A DNA stretch of 64,000 nt, taken from positions 39,806,001 to 39,870,000 of the forward strand of contig NC_045696.1 in NCBI RefSeq assembly GCF_009834535.1, written 5' to 3'. The notes below the pieces were generated by a model that was not told the DNA's origin, did no database searches, and saw only the letters and a list, made by a program, of their open reading frames with translations. The stretch's first letter is position 1; every line of letters begins with the position of its first letter. Both the position numbers and the translations under genes were made by a program. Below are positions 36,911 to 51,300 of this stretch, one piece after another. Source of the DNA: Camelus ferus (lineage: Eukaryota).

Positions 36911-37599
36911 AGACATTCTCTCTTATCTACAAATGTTGTTTCTCCAAATTGTAAAAGAAATTACTTAAAAATATCTTCAGCTTAGACCTGAGAAAAGGCC
37001 ATTTCCAGTTCTTAAGATGGAACAAAATGTGGAAAGCATCTCTCTAAAAATGATAAATCAGTCAGTACATCGGAGGCTGGATTGGAAATGGAAAGACAAG
37101 AAAAGGAACACAAGAGAGGAAGCCACTGACACAATCAAAGCAACAGGCAATGAAAGCCCGACTACGGTGTGAAGAGTAAACGTGGAAAAGGTGGGAGAAA
37201 GTGGTGCTGGAAGAAACAGTATCTTAACTTTGAAGGTGATTTGAAGGTGATGACTCTAAGCCCCCAAAATGAGGAACTTCGGAGGGGATGTACTATGCTA
37301 ATATGCACAGGTTGTGTAAAGAAATATCTGAGTAGTCTTCATTTTATCTTTTGTAACATTATATTTTATGTAGCATTTGGCATAGAATGGGAGACATTAA
37401 TTATCAGTCAACTCCATTTGAAGTAACAAGTATAAAGACATGGACCACTCTTTCATTCCTGACACATCAGTTCACACCACTCCTCTTAGTGTCTCCCCAC
37501 TCCCCTCACCGTAGCTCTTCAGATGTCTAAAACAAGTCAGTCTACAACTCAAATGTGTAGTAAGGTTGGGCAAGAGGCAGAGATTAGATATACAGAGAA

Positions 37600-38160
37600 T
37601 GCTGGAAATTACACACGAAGAGAAACAGAGGCCTGAAGATCATCCTTTCAGTGAAGGAAATAGAGAAAGAGGACTGAAACAAAGATGAATTGGTTAGCAA
37701 GGTAGAAGAAACAAAATGGGAAGGAAAGCCAAGACAATGGCCTCTGGTAGAAAAGAATGGTCAAATATGTAAAACGTTACTGAAATGAGCTATTTGGATT
37801 TGCTTAGAGTGATATTATTGCTGGCTTTATAGATCCATTACAGTAGATTTGAGGGCTTAATAACACACTACAAGGAATGGTTGGTTAAAAAATAGAAGTG
37901 GATGAGGGAGATGGGTGGGTTGACAGAAGGAACAGCTACACTAAAGTGCTTACGTTTCTGGATGGAAGAGATTGGAGAGTGAAAGTGGGAGGAGAGAGGC
38001 TGGTTTAGAGAGGGAAGCTGGAAGTGCTAAAAAGCTTTCCCAAAGTGTTAACTCCTGGAAAGAGGCATTTGTAGAGATGAGAAGAGTTGGAATTGAAGGG
38101 ACAAGAGGAAAGCTTATCTTCAGGACAGAGAGAGACCTCTTTTTCTGAGACTGCATGAGA
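37600..38160 (-). mobile_element. L2 LINE fragment
   Basis: Purine-rich sequence with GGAAAGCCAAG...GAATGGTCAAA...TTTGGATTT...CAGTAGA L2 motifs. Confidence 0.5.
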
Positions 38161-40439
38161 AGGATAAATACGAAAAGGGCAGCTGAGCCAGACAATGCCA
38201 GAGAACTCAGAGTCCCCACTTTTCAGAACTTCTCAAGAATAATTCCATTGATGTGAAGTTCGACTTTCCAATATTCACTCATTCATCGCTCTGTTATGTT
38301 CATTTAGGACTTTGCTAGTTCATCTTCTGTGTAATGATCAATACCCTTATAGTTCCCTTCTCCAAGCTTTCTGAAAACTCCACTACAGAAAGATATGAAT
38401 GGGGAACACAGGCAGGGTCCCATCTACTCGGACTCATTTACTTTAGGGTCCTAAATATGGGGTGATTTTAAGGGACATTCAAAGGGCTTCCTCACCCTGA
38501 ATGATTTTTCCACTAGTTAAGTAGAGAACCTGAAATTTCATCTTTGAGAGTTTAACTTTTGTTTTACCATGTGTCTTTTAAAAATATAGAAACTCAAAAA
38601 TCCCTTGGGGTTTTGACCTTTGAAGGTTGGCCACAGCTGTTTTTATCTTAATAAATATTTATTTAGGATGTATTTCTCTTAGAATCCTTTCTTCCTTTGT
38701 TTCTCCCTCCCTTAGCTCCTTTTCTTCCATGCTCCCTTCCTTTCTTCCTACTTTTCTTCCTTCCCATCTTCCTTCCTTCCACACATAATGAACCCTTCTG
38801 GATGTCCAAGCACTATGTGAGGCTGGGGAATCCTAGAATGAATATGAACCCTCAAACACCTCATATTTGAAAGAGGCACATGGATGTCAATCCAATGACA
38901 GCATAGTGAAGTAACTGGTACCATGGAGGTATGCTGGGATCTATGCACTCAAGCTCAAGAAGATGACTAGAGGGTAAGAAGGAACAGTGATGTCATCTGG
39001 AGTATGCGACACTACTCAAAGAAGTGTGGCTGGAGAAGACGACCCTAGCTAGTAACCTCAGCAGTCAGACGATAGCTGTCATGAGGTAGGAGAATCCTGT
39101 AGCCACAATACACCCCTGGGTCTGCCCTGAAGATAGGAATGGGTAGGTAGGCCATAAAGTACAATGCCTAATTCTTGAGCTTCAATGTTTCTGTTGCCTA
39201 CCAATGAGCAATTAGCACACAAAAGTATGTGGATCCAACCCAGGGTTAGAATGAAATGTCTCAATAAATTATGTCTCTATTCTCAAACAATAGTATCATA
39301 AATTTGCCGAGCTGATTTTGGAAGGCAGAATAGCTCACATAAATCAGTTTTAACTGGGAAGGTTTAGATCTAATCTCAATTAATAATGAACTTCAAATGG
39401 GATGTTGTCTTTCTTCCAGCCGTTACCCAAATAAATATAGATCATTTATATTTTGACTTATTCCCATGGCTCTTACTGTTAGGACACTGGGATTATTGTC
39501 CATGGCAAAACACAAAAGGCAAAAGAGAAGAAGGGGACTGGGAAAATGAATTTAAGTCCAAGTTTTTCTTACTAAATACTTCCCTTCTGCTCAATTTTAT
39601 TATTATTTTCACAGAGCTATTAAATGTCATGTTGAAGTAAATGTCATTAAAAATCCAGAGGCAAATTAGAAAAATAACATCTGAGTTTAATAAGAAAATA
39701 TCTCCTTAGAACTATAGAAGCTGGTGGAAAGAGGATTCTCTGTGCCTCCCCTGCTCCACGTGCTCCCAACTCACCCCCCACTCCCACCCCTTCCTCTCCA
39801 AAAGGACATCTAGTGACAGTGCACTTAATCAATGAAAGATAACAGTCTCACTGGCTTAGAATTTTACTAGGTGGCTCTAGTTGTGAAGAAAGAACATTTC
39901 ATTTTTCCAAAAATGTTCTCCTTAGGACATGATGCAAACCATCCCCCAAACTGGTGATCTGAGAAACTGCACATGATATTCAGCAGTTGCATTCTTTCTA
40001 AATGTCAGCAATGTACCAGCCAATACTCAGATTATAGAACTGGGGAGCTCTAATTTTAGAGACTCTTTGAGGGGAAAATTTTTGTTCCAAACCCACATTA
40101 AGCTACAGCGAGAAATTATCGAGAGATTATTGCAATGTTCAGATGTCCTGCTTAATGATAAAAATCAGATCACCACATTATTGATGGCCCTTTGGAAATA
40201 CCGATCTGATTGTGCTGCACAGTGTCATGGGTTGAGAAATATCTAAGATGCTTGGTTTCTGTGGATCATAGCTTGATCTACAAATCCATTTTAATAATAA
40301 TTCTACTAAATTATTTTAATTCTTTTTTCAGATCAAGGAGTATCACAAACTTTTGGAGTAGTGGGAAAAAGGGACAAATATTCTTTCAATACTTTTGTCT
40401 TTCCAAAGACTTAAAGAATAACATATCAATATAATCACT

Positions 40440-40640
40440 TCATCCTTTTTGATAATAAGTTATTGTGCACCAATTACGTGACAGATCTTTTGCTGAGAAT
40501 AGGCTATATATTGTCTCTAAACTTCTCAATAGCCTTGTGTGCTAGGTCTCATTAATTCCCTTTCAGAGGTGAAATAGCGGAAAATAGCAGAGACAGAATT
40601 TGGGTTCAGAGCTAGTGAATCCAAGGCCTAGGTTTTAACT
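40440..40640 (-). mobile_element. MIR SINE
   Basis: TTTCAGAGGTGAAA...GCAGAGACAGAATTTGG.TTCAG...ATCCAAGGCCTAGGTTTTAAC. Confidence 0.5.
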
Positions 40641-41957
40641 AGATCAAAATGGTATCTCCTATGCAAGAAAGGATGACACCACTTGGATGGTTTTCTGTTT
40701 ACACATGTAACACTCTTCCATCGGTAACATTTCCCATTAAACTACATTAAATGTAATTGACTACAGTAAATGTCATTTAAGACCCAGAAGCAAATTAGGA
40801 AAATAGCATCTGAGTTTAATAGGAAAATTTCTGTTTAGAATTGTACAAACTGATGGAAAGAGGATTCTCTGTATCACCACTACACACTTCCACAGATATC
40901 TAGTGATAACGCATTTATCCACTGGAACACTACTGTTTCACTGGCCTCGTGAGCAAGAGGGTGTGTACATAGATCAAAACGTCCGACACACATCAGCAGC
41001 CCCTCACACAGCTGAGAATCACTGCTATCTAGATAGCTTCACAGCCCTGTGATTCTCTAATTAATCAGACTTACATAAAAAGGGTCATCTGAAAGACAGC
41101 ACCTTCATAAAGTAACTACTGAAAACCTGGTGCACTGTAATTTGATGTTTTTTAAGAATCATTTGGATGCAATCTTATTAGAGTTCAGTTCCAGGAAAAT
41201 CTGTCTTTCCTGATGAAAGAAATAACAAAAATTAAAAATATTAATAACAAAGTAACTCTGAAGAAAATAGCATGAAGAGCTCATCAAAAATGGAGACCAA
41301 TCATGTTTATGTTTTACTTTGTGCCCTGGCTCTAGGAAAACCCAGATTTATATTTTATATTAAATTACAGCACTTATCTTTATCTTTGCATGCTGGCAAA
41401 CATGATCTATTTTTGACTGTTCACATTATTTGATACTTAATCCTTTGTAATTTAAAGTTCTATTTTAAATGTCTTTGATTTTAAATTATCTCAAATAAAT
41501 TTGTGCATAAATGGACTGTAAATAATACAATTAAAAAGAAAAGCATCTGTTTGTTCCATTTCAGATTGCCCAAGTCTCTAAGTTTTTCCTGATATTTTGC
41601 TTTCAATTATCACTCACGCCTAATCATTCATCTATTCTTCCAATTCTTTCTTAAAAGAAAGATTCTTTCTTTCCTTCCTCTTAACCTCACCATTTCCACC
41701 TGGAGCATTCAAATCTGAACTTTTGCCATTACTGAATTACTGAATGTTCCCCAACTGATCTTCCTCTCCCCAGTCTCTCTTCTTGCCAGTTCTTCTCCGT
41801 GTTCTGTCCACAGTGGGCACTGAGCAACACTGTTCCAGTTGCTGTGTGCTTGTAATTTAATGATAAGATAGATACCAAAGACAGACATTAAATGACTAAT
41901 ACTATAAATGTAATGAATACTGCTACAGAAGCGTCCACAGGCTACCCTGATCCAATG

Positions 41958-42173
41958 CAGGGTTTCTCAAACTTGACACTATTGACATTTTGTACAGGAC
42001 AGCTCCTTGTTGTGGGGGGCTGTACTGCGTGCATTGTAGGACGTTTAGCAGCACCCCTGGCCTCTGCCTGCTACATGCCAGTAGCACCTCCCCAGTGGTG
42101 AGAAACAAAATGATCTCCAAACACTGCCAAATGTTCTCTGGGGGAGAAATGTTCCCCTTGTTGAGAATCACTT
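41958..42173 (-). mobile_element. MER20 within an L2 fragment (about 41810-42570)
   Basis: CAGGGTTTCTCAA...CACTATTGACATTTTG...TGCATTGTAGGACGTTTAGCAGCA.CCCTGGCCTCT...ATGCCAGTAGCACC...GTTGAGAATCACT. Confidence 0.9.
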
Positions 42174-43479
42174 CTCAACTGTACTCTGTGTGGGTTCGAG
42201 ATGAGTTTAGTGTGGAAACGTTTACCTGTGGCTAGGCCATTTGGACTGAGAGCTGAAGGATGAGTAGAGACTAGTAGGAATTAGGGTTGTGGAAGGAAGA
42301 AACTAGGACGCTTTGGGAGATGGGAGAGTCTCACTGTTCTAACAAGGAAGCCCAGTCTATGCAAAGACCTTGAAATGGGAATGAACCTAGAATATTCCAA
42401 GGACTGAAAGAAGGCCAGTATGGACTAGCACAGAGTGTGTTTAAAGAGTGGGAATTTCCGAGGTTGAGAGATGCACTCATCTGGCCAGTCTGTGTAGACC
42501 ATGCTTAGAACTATGAGCAGTGAGAAACACTGAATGATTTTTCACAAGAATTTTTCACAAGATGTTGAAGTCAATCAGGATAATGGTAGAAGTCAGGATG
42601 AAGGGAAAGCTTAAGCCTACACCAGCACCTCCAGTGACAGGCTGGGCTGGGCGGGTGTGTGGATGACCGCAAGGAGGAGTATAGCAGGGGTGTGGCTAAC
42701 TGGTAATGGCATTAGGCTCTGGAGCAAGGTATGTATGTATGCATGTTTGTATGCACGTCTGTGTGCATGATCTTTCTACCTATTTTAACAAAAGGGTCAC
42801 TTCTGAAGGAGTCTTGGAAAGCCTTTGTAGGATGATACCAGCTAGCCTTTGCAACCCTGTAACCCTTGGATAGGGGAGGTGGGAGTAGTGTAGAAGGTGC
42901 AGCTTCCATTGGGAAGGGGCACAGAGGAAGTGATCTTACAGGAGACAAGGAAAGAAGAGGGAACGTTAATGAAGCAGTTGAGGATTTCAAGGCAGATTTT
43001 CCCTCATAAAACTCCCTAGGATACTGCTGAAGGCAGGGGAAAAGGGAGGGGAGTGGTCTGGGGTTAGAGGGGAAAGAGGTACAGATTTTTCCAGGGGTGA
43101 CAGCCTGGACCACTTTGGATGTCTGCGGATTCTGTCCCTTTGGACGTGAACCAGGAAGGCTAGGAACATTGCATATGATAGATTATTTCTGAGTATCTCG
43201 AGGGGCAGAGTAGGCACTTGGATCTACTAGGGAGACCTGGAGATTTTGGCATCATAAAATAAATCTTTCCAAAAGCTCACTTTTATAATATTTGCTCTAA
43301 CCCTTTCCTCCCAGACCCTTCCAGAAACCTGACAAACAAGTAGGACCTCTTACAACCTAGTTATCAAATTTCGGGTGACACTTTTGCTCCACATGAGCTG
43401 CGCTCTGCCTGTCCTGGTCTTCCCGTTCTCGTAGTACGCCTTGTCCTCCTCCCCGCCCTGTGCCACAAGTCTGGTTTTT

Positions 43480-43790
43480 GCCTCTTCAAATCCTACCCAT
43501 TTTTAAAGGCCTCACTCATATCCTGCCTCCCCCATGGCACTTCCCAGACCTCTGTGTCCACAGACGTTGTCTCTTTTTAATTGGCACTTAATTAAAACCT
43601 GCCTTGGGGCTTCTTTTGTACTGGCATCACATATTGCTAACTTTTCGTGGGTATGACTTTGTTGTTTCTAAAATTAAATTGCGAATTTCCTGAAAGTCAG
43701 AATTAGGTTCTGTGTCTTTTAATATACTCCAAGAGGCCTAATATAGGACTTGACACCCCAAAGTTACTCAACGACTTGTTTAATTAATGC
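43480..43790 (+). mobile_element. L2 LINE 3' end
   Basis: AAATCCTACCCAT..TT.AAGGCC...CCTCCCCCATG...TCCTGAAAG.CAG.A...ACTCAA...ACTTGTT.AATTAAT. Confidence 0.55.
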
Positions 43791-44867
43791 TCTGGTTAAG
43801 ATATGTATCACTTTTCTGGGAGAGATGCAGAAGAGGACAGTGTTATGTGGCATGCAGACCCAAGGTATGAATCTGCCTGTGGCATTCATTTCTTTTCTCC
43901 TCTGCAAAGAACTTCTGGGAAGGATCTGACTCACTATTTTGCTTATCTTATGGGGAACCCACCGTCCTTTTCAGATGACTCTAGGGTAGACACAATTTCC
44001 AAAACAAGGAAGTGAGAGTAACTCTCGGCACAGATGGAGCGGTCAGGAATGCAAGGAAGGACCAGACCCAGCCAGACCACGCAAGGGGCATTACAAGGAC
44101 ACTGGGGCCGGGCAGAAGAACAAGACGGTGAGGGATGCCAAAAGAAGGTGATTTATTCAGCAATCTGTCTCAGGTTTGTGTTCTAAAGTTTAAATTGTGA
44201 ACACTTCAGAGAGAGTGAGCAGACTTTCAGTTATCAACAAACGGACTTTTACTTCTATGGTCACAATTGGAAATACATCTTTCCAAATTTACATTTTCAG
44301 ACCTTTAGCTGAAAGCAATAGGTGTGAGCAAAAGAGCATTTGGTCTTAGCAAAGAAGAGTGGTGGTGTGTGCATGTCTGTCTGACTTTGAACATTCTCGA
44401 AAAAAAAATGTGACTTTAATTCTGTTTTGTAAAGTGACAATACCTTTGCCCACTCTCCTCCCCATTAGTCCAGACGATGGCAGGCCTATTTCCCACCCTA
44501 TCTTTGGTTGCTCCTTGGCAACTGATTTTCCATCTCCCTCTGGGTTGGGGTGGGGGCAGCAGAGATCTAACCAGGCACAAGCTACACTCTAACAAAGGTC
44601 TGACTAATGCCAAGCCTGGAGGAGAGGGTTGCTGCAATGTCTTTCCGTACTACTTTTCTATTATTCCAGCTCATGTTCATTTTTACCTTTAAAAATAACA
44701 TTGATGTGCAGTGAGTCCTTCAGCAAGCTTCAAACTGAGAACTTGCTTTTTTTTAGCCTCGGAGTGAGTTTTCCAGGTCTCACTGCCCCACTTGTGTAAG
44801 TTTACATCCAAATCCAACTCTCTGACCAGTCCAGAAATTTCTACCCATTTGGAATAGGCTAACACAG

Positions 44868-45764
44868 TGTATTAACCATTTCTCTTATTTTTAGAGACTA
44901 ACACTTTGATCCTGATCCTGATAGGATTGCTTCCCAAGGTTAGCTAATTCCTAGAGATAGCAAGTCTTCCAGCATACCTGTTATATGCAAACCAACCAAT
45001 CCAGAGCTCAGACCTCAACCACCTTGTTTACAGTGCTCTCACACTCCTGGGCCTCTCCGTCTGCCCTAGTCACCTCAAGACTAGGTACCAGACAAGTAGG
45101 GATAGCTCCTATGCTCCAGAGCCTGCTGAAATTTTTAGACTAGCCAGTTCTAAGCCTGCTTACCTTGTCTTCCTCCAGAAACCACAAGAAAGACTCTTGT
45201 CTAAAGGCAAATATCACCTGATATCATCTATACGTGGAACCTAAAAAAAAAAAAAGATACAAATGACCCTATTTATAAAACAGAAACAGACTCACAGAAA
45301 ATAAACTTAGTTACCAAAAAGGAAAGGGGATGGGGAGGGGTTAATTAAGAGCTCAAGATTAGCAGATACAAACTACTATAAGTAAAATAGATAAACAACA
45401 AGGTCCTACTGTATAGCATAGGGAACTATATGCAATACCTTATAATAACTTACAATGGAAAAGAATATGAAAAAGAATGTCTATACATGTACAACTGAAT
45501 CACTATGCTGTATACCAGAAACTAACACAACACTGTAAATCAATTATATTCCAATTAAAAAAAAGAAAGAAAAGCTCTTGTCCATGTTTTCCCCTCACAC
45601 TGCCCCCTGACTGACCTCGGTGCTTCCCTATATGGTCCCTTATGGTGTAGTGTGCCTCCTTCTATTGAGATCCATGAATAACAACTGTCTTTTCAATGCC
45701 AGTCATCTCCTGATCTTTTGGCCCCATCATACCTGGATAATAATGAAATCTATGTTTAAAAACA
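44868..45764 (+). mobile_element. MER74A-type ERVL solo LTR, interrupted by L1
   Basis: TGTATTAACCAT...AATTCCTAGAGATAGCAA...ATATGCAAACCAACCAATCCAGAGC...AGGTACCAGACAA.TAGGGA.AGC...AAAACA. 5-bp TSD CACAG/TGCAG. Confidence 0.9.
45202..45570 (+). mobile_element. Cetartiodactyl L1 3' end, 5'-truncated
   Basis: AAACAGAAACAGACTCACAG...ATTAGCAGATACAAACTACTATA...ATAAACAACAAGGTCCTACTGTATAGCA.AGGGAACTATA...CACAACACTGTAAATCAA, then an A-tail. TSD AAAG(A)CTCTTGTC. Confidence 0.92.
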
Positions 45765-48339
45765 TGCAGTTATATACTGAACCTACTTTTTTCATAATCT
45801 TATAAACAACATGGCTGTCAATATCAGCTGACCCCATTTTTGTGTACTGTATTAATCTTTTCTGAGCCACAAATATTAATATCCCCAAACTTATACTGTA
45901 CAAGTCAGTCTCAGATAACCTGGATGAATATTTTATCATAATTTATTTTATTATAATTCACAAGCTCATCTCATTATATAGGTCACTTTAACATTGTATT
46001 CTCTATGTCAAGACTATGAAGTCTTTGAGGGAGGGGGAAGTGGCTGTACTCTTTTTTTTTTGGTACCAAAGAAGCATGATAACCTCTTTGGCATTTCTAT
46101 CACGGCAGTGAAGTGAAACATACGTTTGGCCAGATAGTATTCATCCTCCACCTGAAAAATTTCTTTTCATTTGAGTGGGCAGTTTTGAGAGGGATACAAG
46201 TAAATGATAAGAGAGGATAGTCATACTTTTTTAGTCAAAGAGAGACATCAGTTTAGTCCTATGGTCACTTAGATCACCTTTAATGCAATACATTGGCCTT
46301 TATTATGTTAGTCATAGTTGTAGGATCCTTATAAGTCACTGAGATAAGCTTCTTGTTGAATGTCTTCCTTTGTGTTTTCTATGTAGAGCCTGTATGTTCT
46401 GGTCTTTCTTGTCAGTCTAAAATGGAGGTCACATTTAATTTTAACCCCTGCTCCTGTAATAGGATCTCATAACCACCTCACATATACCCTAATTATTTCT
46501 GAGTGTCCTCAAAAATTCTCTCTCTCCCAAACAGTACGTCAGCTACAGTTAACATTGACATATTGTTGTTTTTCCTTTTGTCTCTTGTTGGGCCATGTCT
46601 GCTATCTTCAAACACCCTTAGAGAAGCCTCATGGCTGGCTCAGCTGACACTGCCCATGATCAGCACCCCTATCGGAATGCCAGTGGTGCTCTTCCCAGCT
46701 ATGAGATAGCCCCATGGCTGTTGGCCCTGCAGTGCCAAGCTTGGTTCCACTGAGAGGCAGGAAGAGTCAACTCTATCCTGCTTTATCTCTACATCTCCAT
46801 AGGGCCCATTTTGTAATACACTGATCTTATCAATCAAATTTATGCCTTGGCACTCATCAATCAGATCAAATCTAGAGGCATAGATGGACACTGTTTCTTG
46901 CTTAAAGGTTTAATTAAAGAAGTCTCAGTTTACCAGGATAAGATAATTAAACTAAACCTGTGTTCTAAGTATTTAAGACTATATTTAAACAACAACTGTG
47001 GTTTCTCCATGGCCCAACAGAAATAAAACACTTATTTTTAAAAGCATACTGAAAGCATAATGGAAGTTTTTTTAACATTCTTATATATAAAAAATATTTT
47101 CCAAGAGTACCAAGATTTCTTTTTTCCATTCTTTGGAACTTACTTGAAATATAATGCTTTCATTGATATGATCTAGAAATTAATTAGATGTTTATAGAAG
47201 CTAATTTAATTGACAAAGAACATGTCAAGAATTTTCCATGTTATTGTGTCATTAAGGGTTGGTAAATGTTTATATTGGTAATGGAATATTGTTCAGTATT
47301 GAGTACCTGCAGAAGAAAAGTATATCTTTCAAGAAAGTATAAAAAGTCACCACTAAAATTGCACATGCAATTAAGATAAATGAAACAAGGAATAATGTTA
47401 CCCATTATCTTTTGAATTTTTCCACATAGGATTTGGATAGGGCCTTTCACATAATGAACAGAAGGATGTTAGGTTTTATCTTGTGGATTCATATCTTTAC
47501 TCATTAGAATAGGATGATTATTTCTGTATTTAAAAGGTAGAAATGAAACAGACTGTGACTGACTACACAGTGTACATATCACTTTTCTTAAAAATAAAGT
47601 TTTATTGGAACACAGCCATGGCCATTTATTTGCATACTTTTCCTATATAAAGTGAACTTTGGAACCGTGACTCAAACTTATTTTGAAGAATTTTTTGCAA
47701 TTATACCTTCAGAGTAAATTCCTAGAAGTGGAATCGCTCAGTCACAGAGTTTGTACAACATTAAAGACCTTCATATATTTTGGTCCTAATTTATCTCCAG
47801 AAAAACTGTCCATTAACATACAATTATATTAATATGAGGTGAATACATTCCCTATATCCTTGCCAATCTCATAAAATTAAAAATTTGAGTCTTTTATTAA
47901 AAAAGGAATATCTTTGTACATAGTACTTTATTTATGATCATTATTTAAGATACTTTCCTATGAGCAAAATTACAGAAGCAAAGTATAGTATATTAAAAGA
48001 GCATTAAATTCTTTGGATACATCACACTCATTTTTGCTTACATCTTTTCTATTCACTTGTCTCAGCTACTGATCTCCATAAAAAAGATCAAATGCATCAC
48101 ACAGTCAAAATCATTGAAGTTAAACAATTGTTCTGAATATTATCCTAAGTGAGTGAATTGTCATAAGAATTTATGCTTTCTAACAACTTCAGTGTGTAAC
48201 TTGCCTCAAACTTGTACAAAGAAAGGGAAAACTTATATTTCTACCAAGTCCTTACCAATCATCTATACAACCGTATCTCTTTGCCCTTCATATTTTTTTA
48301 GTCAAATATCTACAAATACTTCTAAGAATTGTTTCTGAG

Positions 48340-51300
48340 GGCATACTACATTTGGCCCACAGAGGGGGCTCTCCTAGAGCATACAGCTCTGGTGACCATA
48401 GGGGAATGTGTTGCTGGACCCTATAGGATGTCCCCAACATAAGGTAACTTCTCCAAGATCAGGACATGTAACTGACCTACCTAATACATAGAAATAAAAA
48501 CAGAGATTTAGGCAACATGTGGCAACAGAGGAGTATGCTCCAAATGAAGAAACAAGATAAAACCACAGAAGAACTAAATGAAGTGGAAATAAGCAACCTA
48601 ATAAAGAGTTCAAGGTAATGATCATAAAGATGCTCAACAAACTTGGAAGAAGAATGGATAAACATAATGACAAATTTAACAAAGAGTTAGAAAATATAAA
48701 TAAGAACAAAACAGAGCTGAAGGGTATAAGAACTGAGACAAAAAATATACTAGAAGTAATCAACAGTAGATTAAATGATACAAAGAAACAGGTCAGTAAA
48801 ATGGAAGACAAAGTACTGGAAATTACCCAAGATAAACAGAAAAAAGAAAGAAGAACTTAAGAAAATGAGGACAGTTTGAGACCTCTGAAACAACATCAAG
48901 CATGTCAACATTCACATTTTAGGGGTCCTAGAAGAATAAAAAAGGGGCAGAGAACTTATTTGAAGAGACAATAGCTGAAAACTTCCCTAATCTAAGAAAG
49001 GAAACAGACATCCAGGTCCAGGAAGCACTGAGAGTCCCAAACAAGATGAACACAAAGAGATCCACACAAAGACACACTGTAATTAAAATAGCAAAAATTA
49101 AAGGTAGAGAATTTTAAAGCAACAAAGGAAAAGCAACTAGTTACATACAAGGGAACTCCCATAAGATTGTCAGCTGACTTTTCAGTAGAAACTTTGCAGG
49201 CCAGAAGGGAGTGGCATAATATATTTAAAGTGATGAAAAGGAAAAAGCTACACCCAAGAATAATCTAACCAGAAAGTCTATCATTTTGATACAATGGAGA
49301 GATAGAGTTTTACAGACATGCAAAGCTAAAATAGTTTAATACCACTAATCCAGCTTTATAAGAAATGTTAAAGGGACTTCTCTAAGTCAAACACACAGAC
49401 ACACACACACCCCCACACCCACCCACTCAGAACTATGAAAATTACAAAAAGAAGAGTCTCATTGGTAAAGGCAAATATACAATAAGATTTGTGTTTCAAC
49501 CATTTACAAAGCTAATAGGAAGCTTAAAAAACAAAATAATCTGCATACACAATATATAGTTAAGGGATACACAAAACAAAAATATATAAACAGTAATGTT
49601 AAAAGCATTATTGTGGGGTAGCAGTAAAAATGTAGGGTTGTTAAAATACGTTCAAACTAAAAAAGAGAAAACCAACATAAATTAAACATGTTATATACAG
49701 GTTGTTATACATTAACCTCATGGCAACCAATAACTAAAAATCTTTAATAGATATGCACAAAAAAGAGAAAGAAATCCCAAACATAACTGTAGTCATCAAA
49801 TCATAAGGCAACAGAGCAAAAGAAGAAGATAGGAACAAAAAAGAACCACAAAACAAACTGAAAACAATCAACAAAATGGCAATAATTAATAATATTAATA
49901 ATTACTTTAAATGTAAATGGACTAAATACTCCAATCAAGATGTAGAGTGGCTGAATGGATTAAAAAGCAAGATCTATATATATGCTGCCACAAGAGACTC
50001 ACTACAGAGCTAAAGACACAGACAGACTGAAAGTGAAGGAATGGAAAAAGGTACTCCATGCAAACGGAAACAAAAAGAAAGTAGGAAGACAGTACTTGTA
50101 TCAGATAAAATAGACTGAAACAAAGACTAATGAGAAACAGAAAAGGACATTATATAATGAAAAAGGGATTAATTCAACAAGAAGATATAACAATCATAAC
50201 AATTGTAAATATATATGCATCCAACGTATGAGCACCTAAATATATATAGCAAATATTAACAAACATAAAGGGAGAAATTGACAGTGACACAATAATTTTC
50301 AGGGATTTTAGTACCCCTGCTTACTCCAATGGGCAGATTATCCAGACAGAAAAGCAATAACGAAACACTGGTCTTAAAAAACACATTAGACTTAATGGAT
50401 TTAAAAAATACATGTAGACTATTCCATCCAAAAGTAGCAGAATATATACTCTTCACAAGTGCACATGGAACACTCTCCAGGATGGATTACATGCTAGGCT
50501 ACAAAGCAAATCTCAATAAATTAAAGACTTAAATTGTATCAAACATTTTTTCCAACTACAATGTTAATGAGATTAGAGATCAAATACAAAAAACAAACCC
50601 TGAAAAAACACAAATACGTGGAGGCTAAAAAATATGCTACTAAACATCCAATGGGTCACTGAAGAAATTAAAGAGGAAATCAGAAAATACCTGGAGACAA
50701 ATGAAAGTGGAACACAACAATTCAAAATATATGGGATGCAGTAAAAGCAGTTCAAAGAAGGAAGTTTATAGTGATACAAGCCTACCTCAGGGAGCAAGAT
50801 AAGTATCAGTCTAACCTTATATCTAAAGGAACTAGAAAAAGAAGAACAACAAAATCCAAAATAAGTAGAGGGAAAGAAATAATAAAGATCAGAGGAAAAA
50901 TAAAAGAAATTGAAACTAAAAAAGAAAAAAGAAAAAAATCAATAAAAGCTAAGAGCTAGTTCTTTCAAAACATAAACAAGATTGATAAGCCTTTAGCCAG
51001 AATAATCAAGAAAAAGAGGTCCTAAATAAATAAAAATCAGAAACAAAAAAGGAGAAGCTCTAACTAACACCACAGAAGATCATAAGATATTACTATGAAC
51101 AATTGTATGCCAATACAATGGATGATCTAGAAGAAACAGATAAATCTCTATATATGTACAAACTCCCTAGACTGAATTAGGAGGAAAAAGAAAACATGAA
51201 CAGACCAAATACCAGTAATAAAACTGAATTAGTAGTCAAAAGCCTCCCAAAAAACAAAAGTCCAAGACCAGAAAGCTTCACAGATGACTGCTACCAAACA

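Noticed and set aside
43036..43072. G-quadruplex-like G-run cluster
   Set aside because: A common motif with one long loop and no supporting context.
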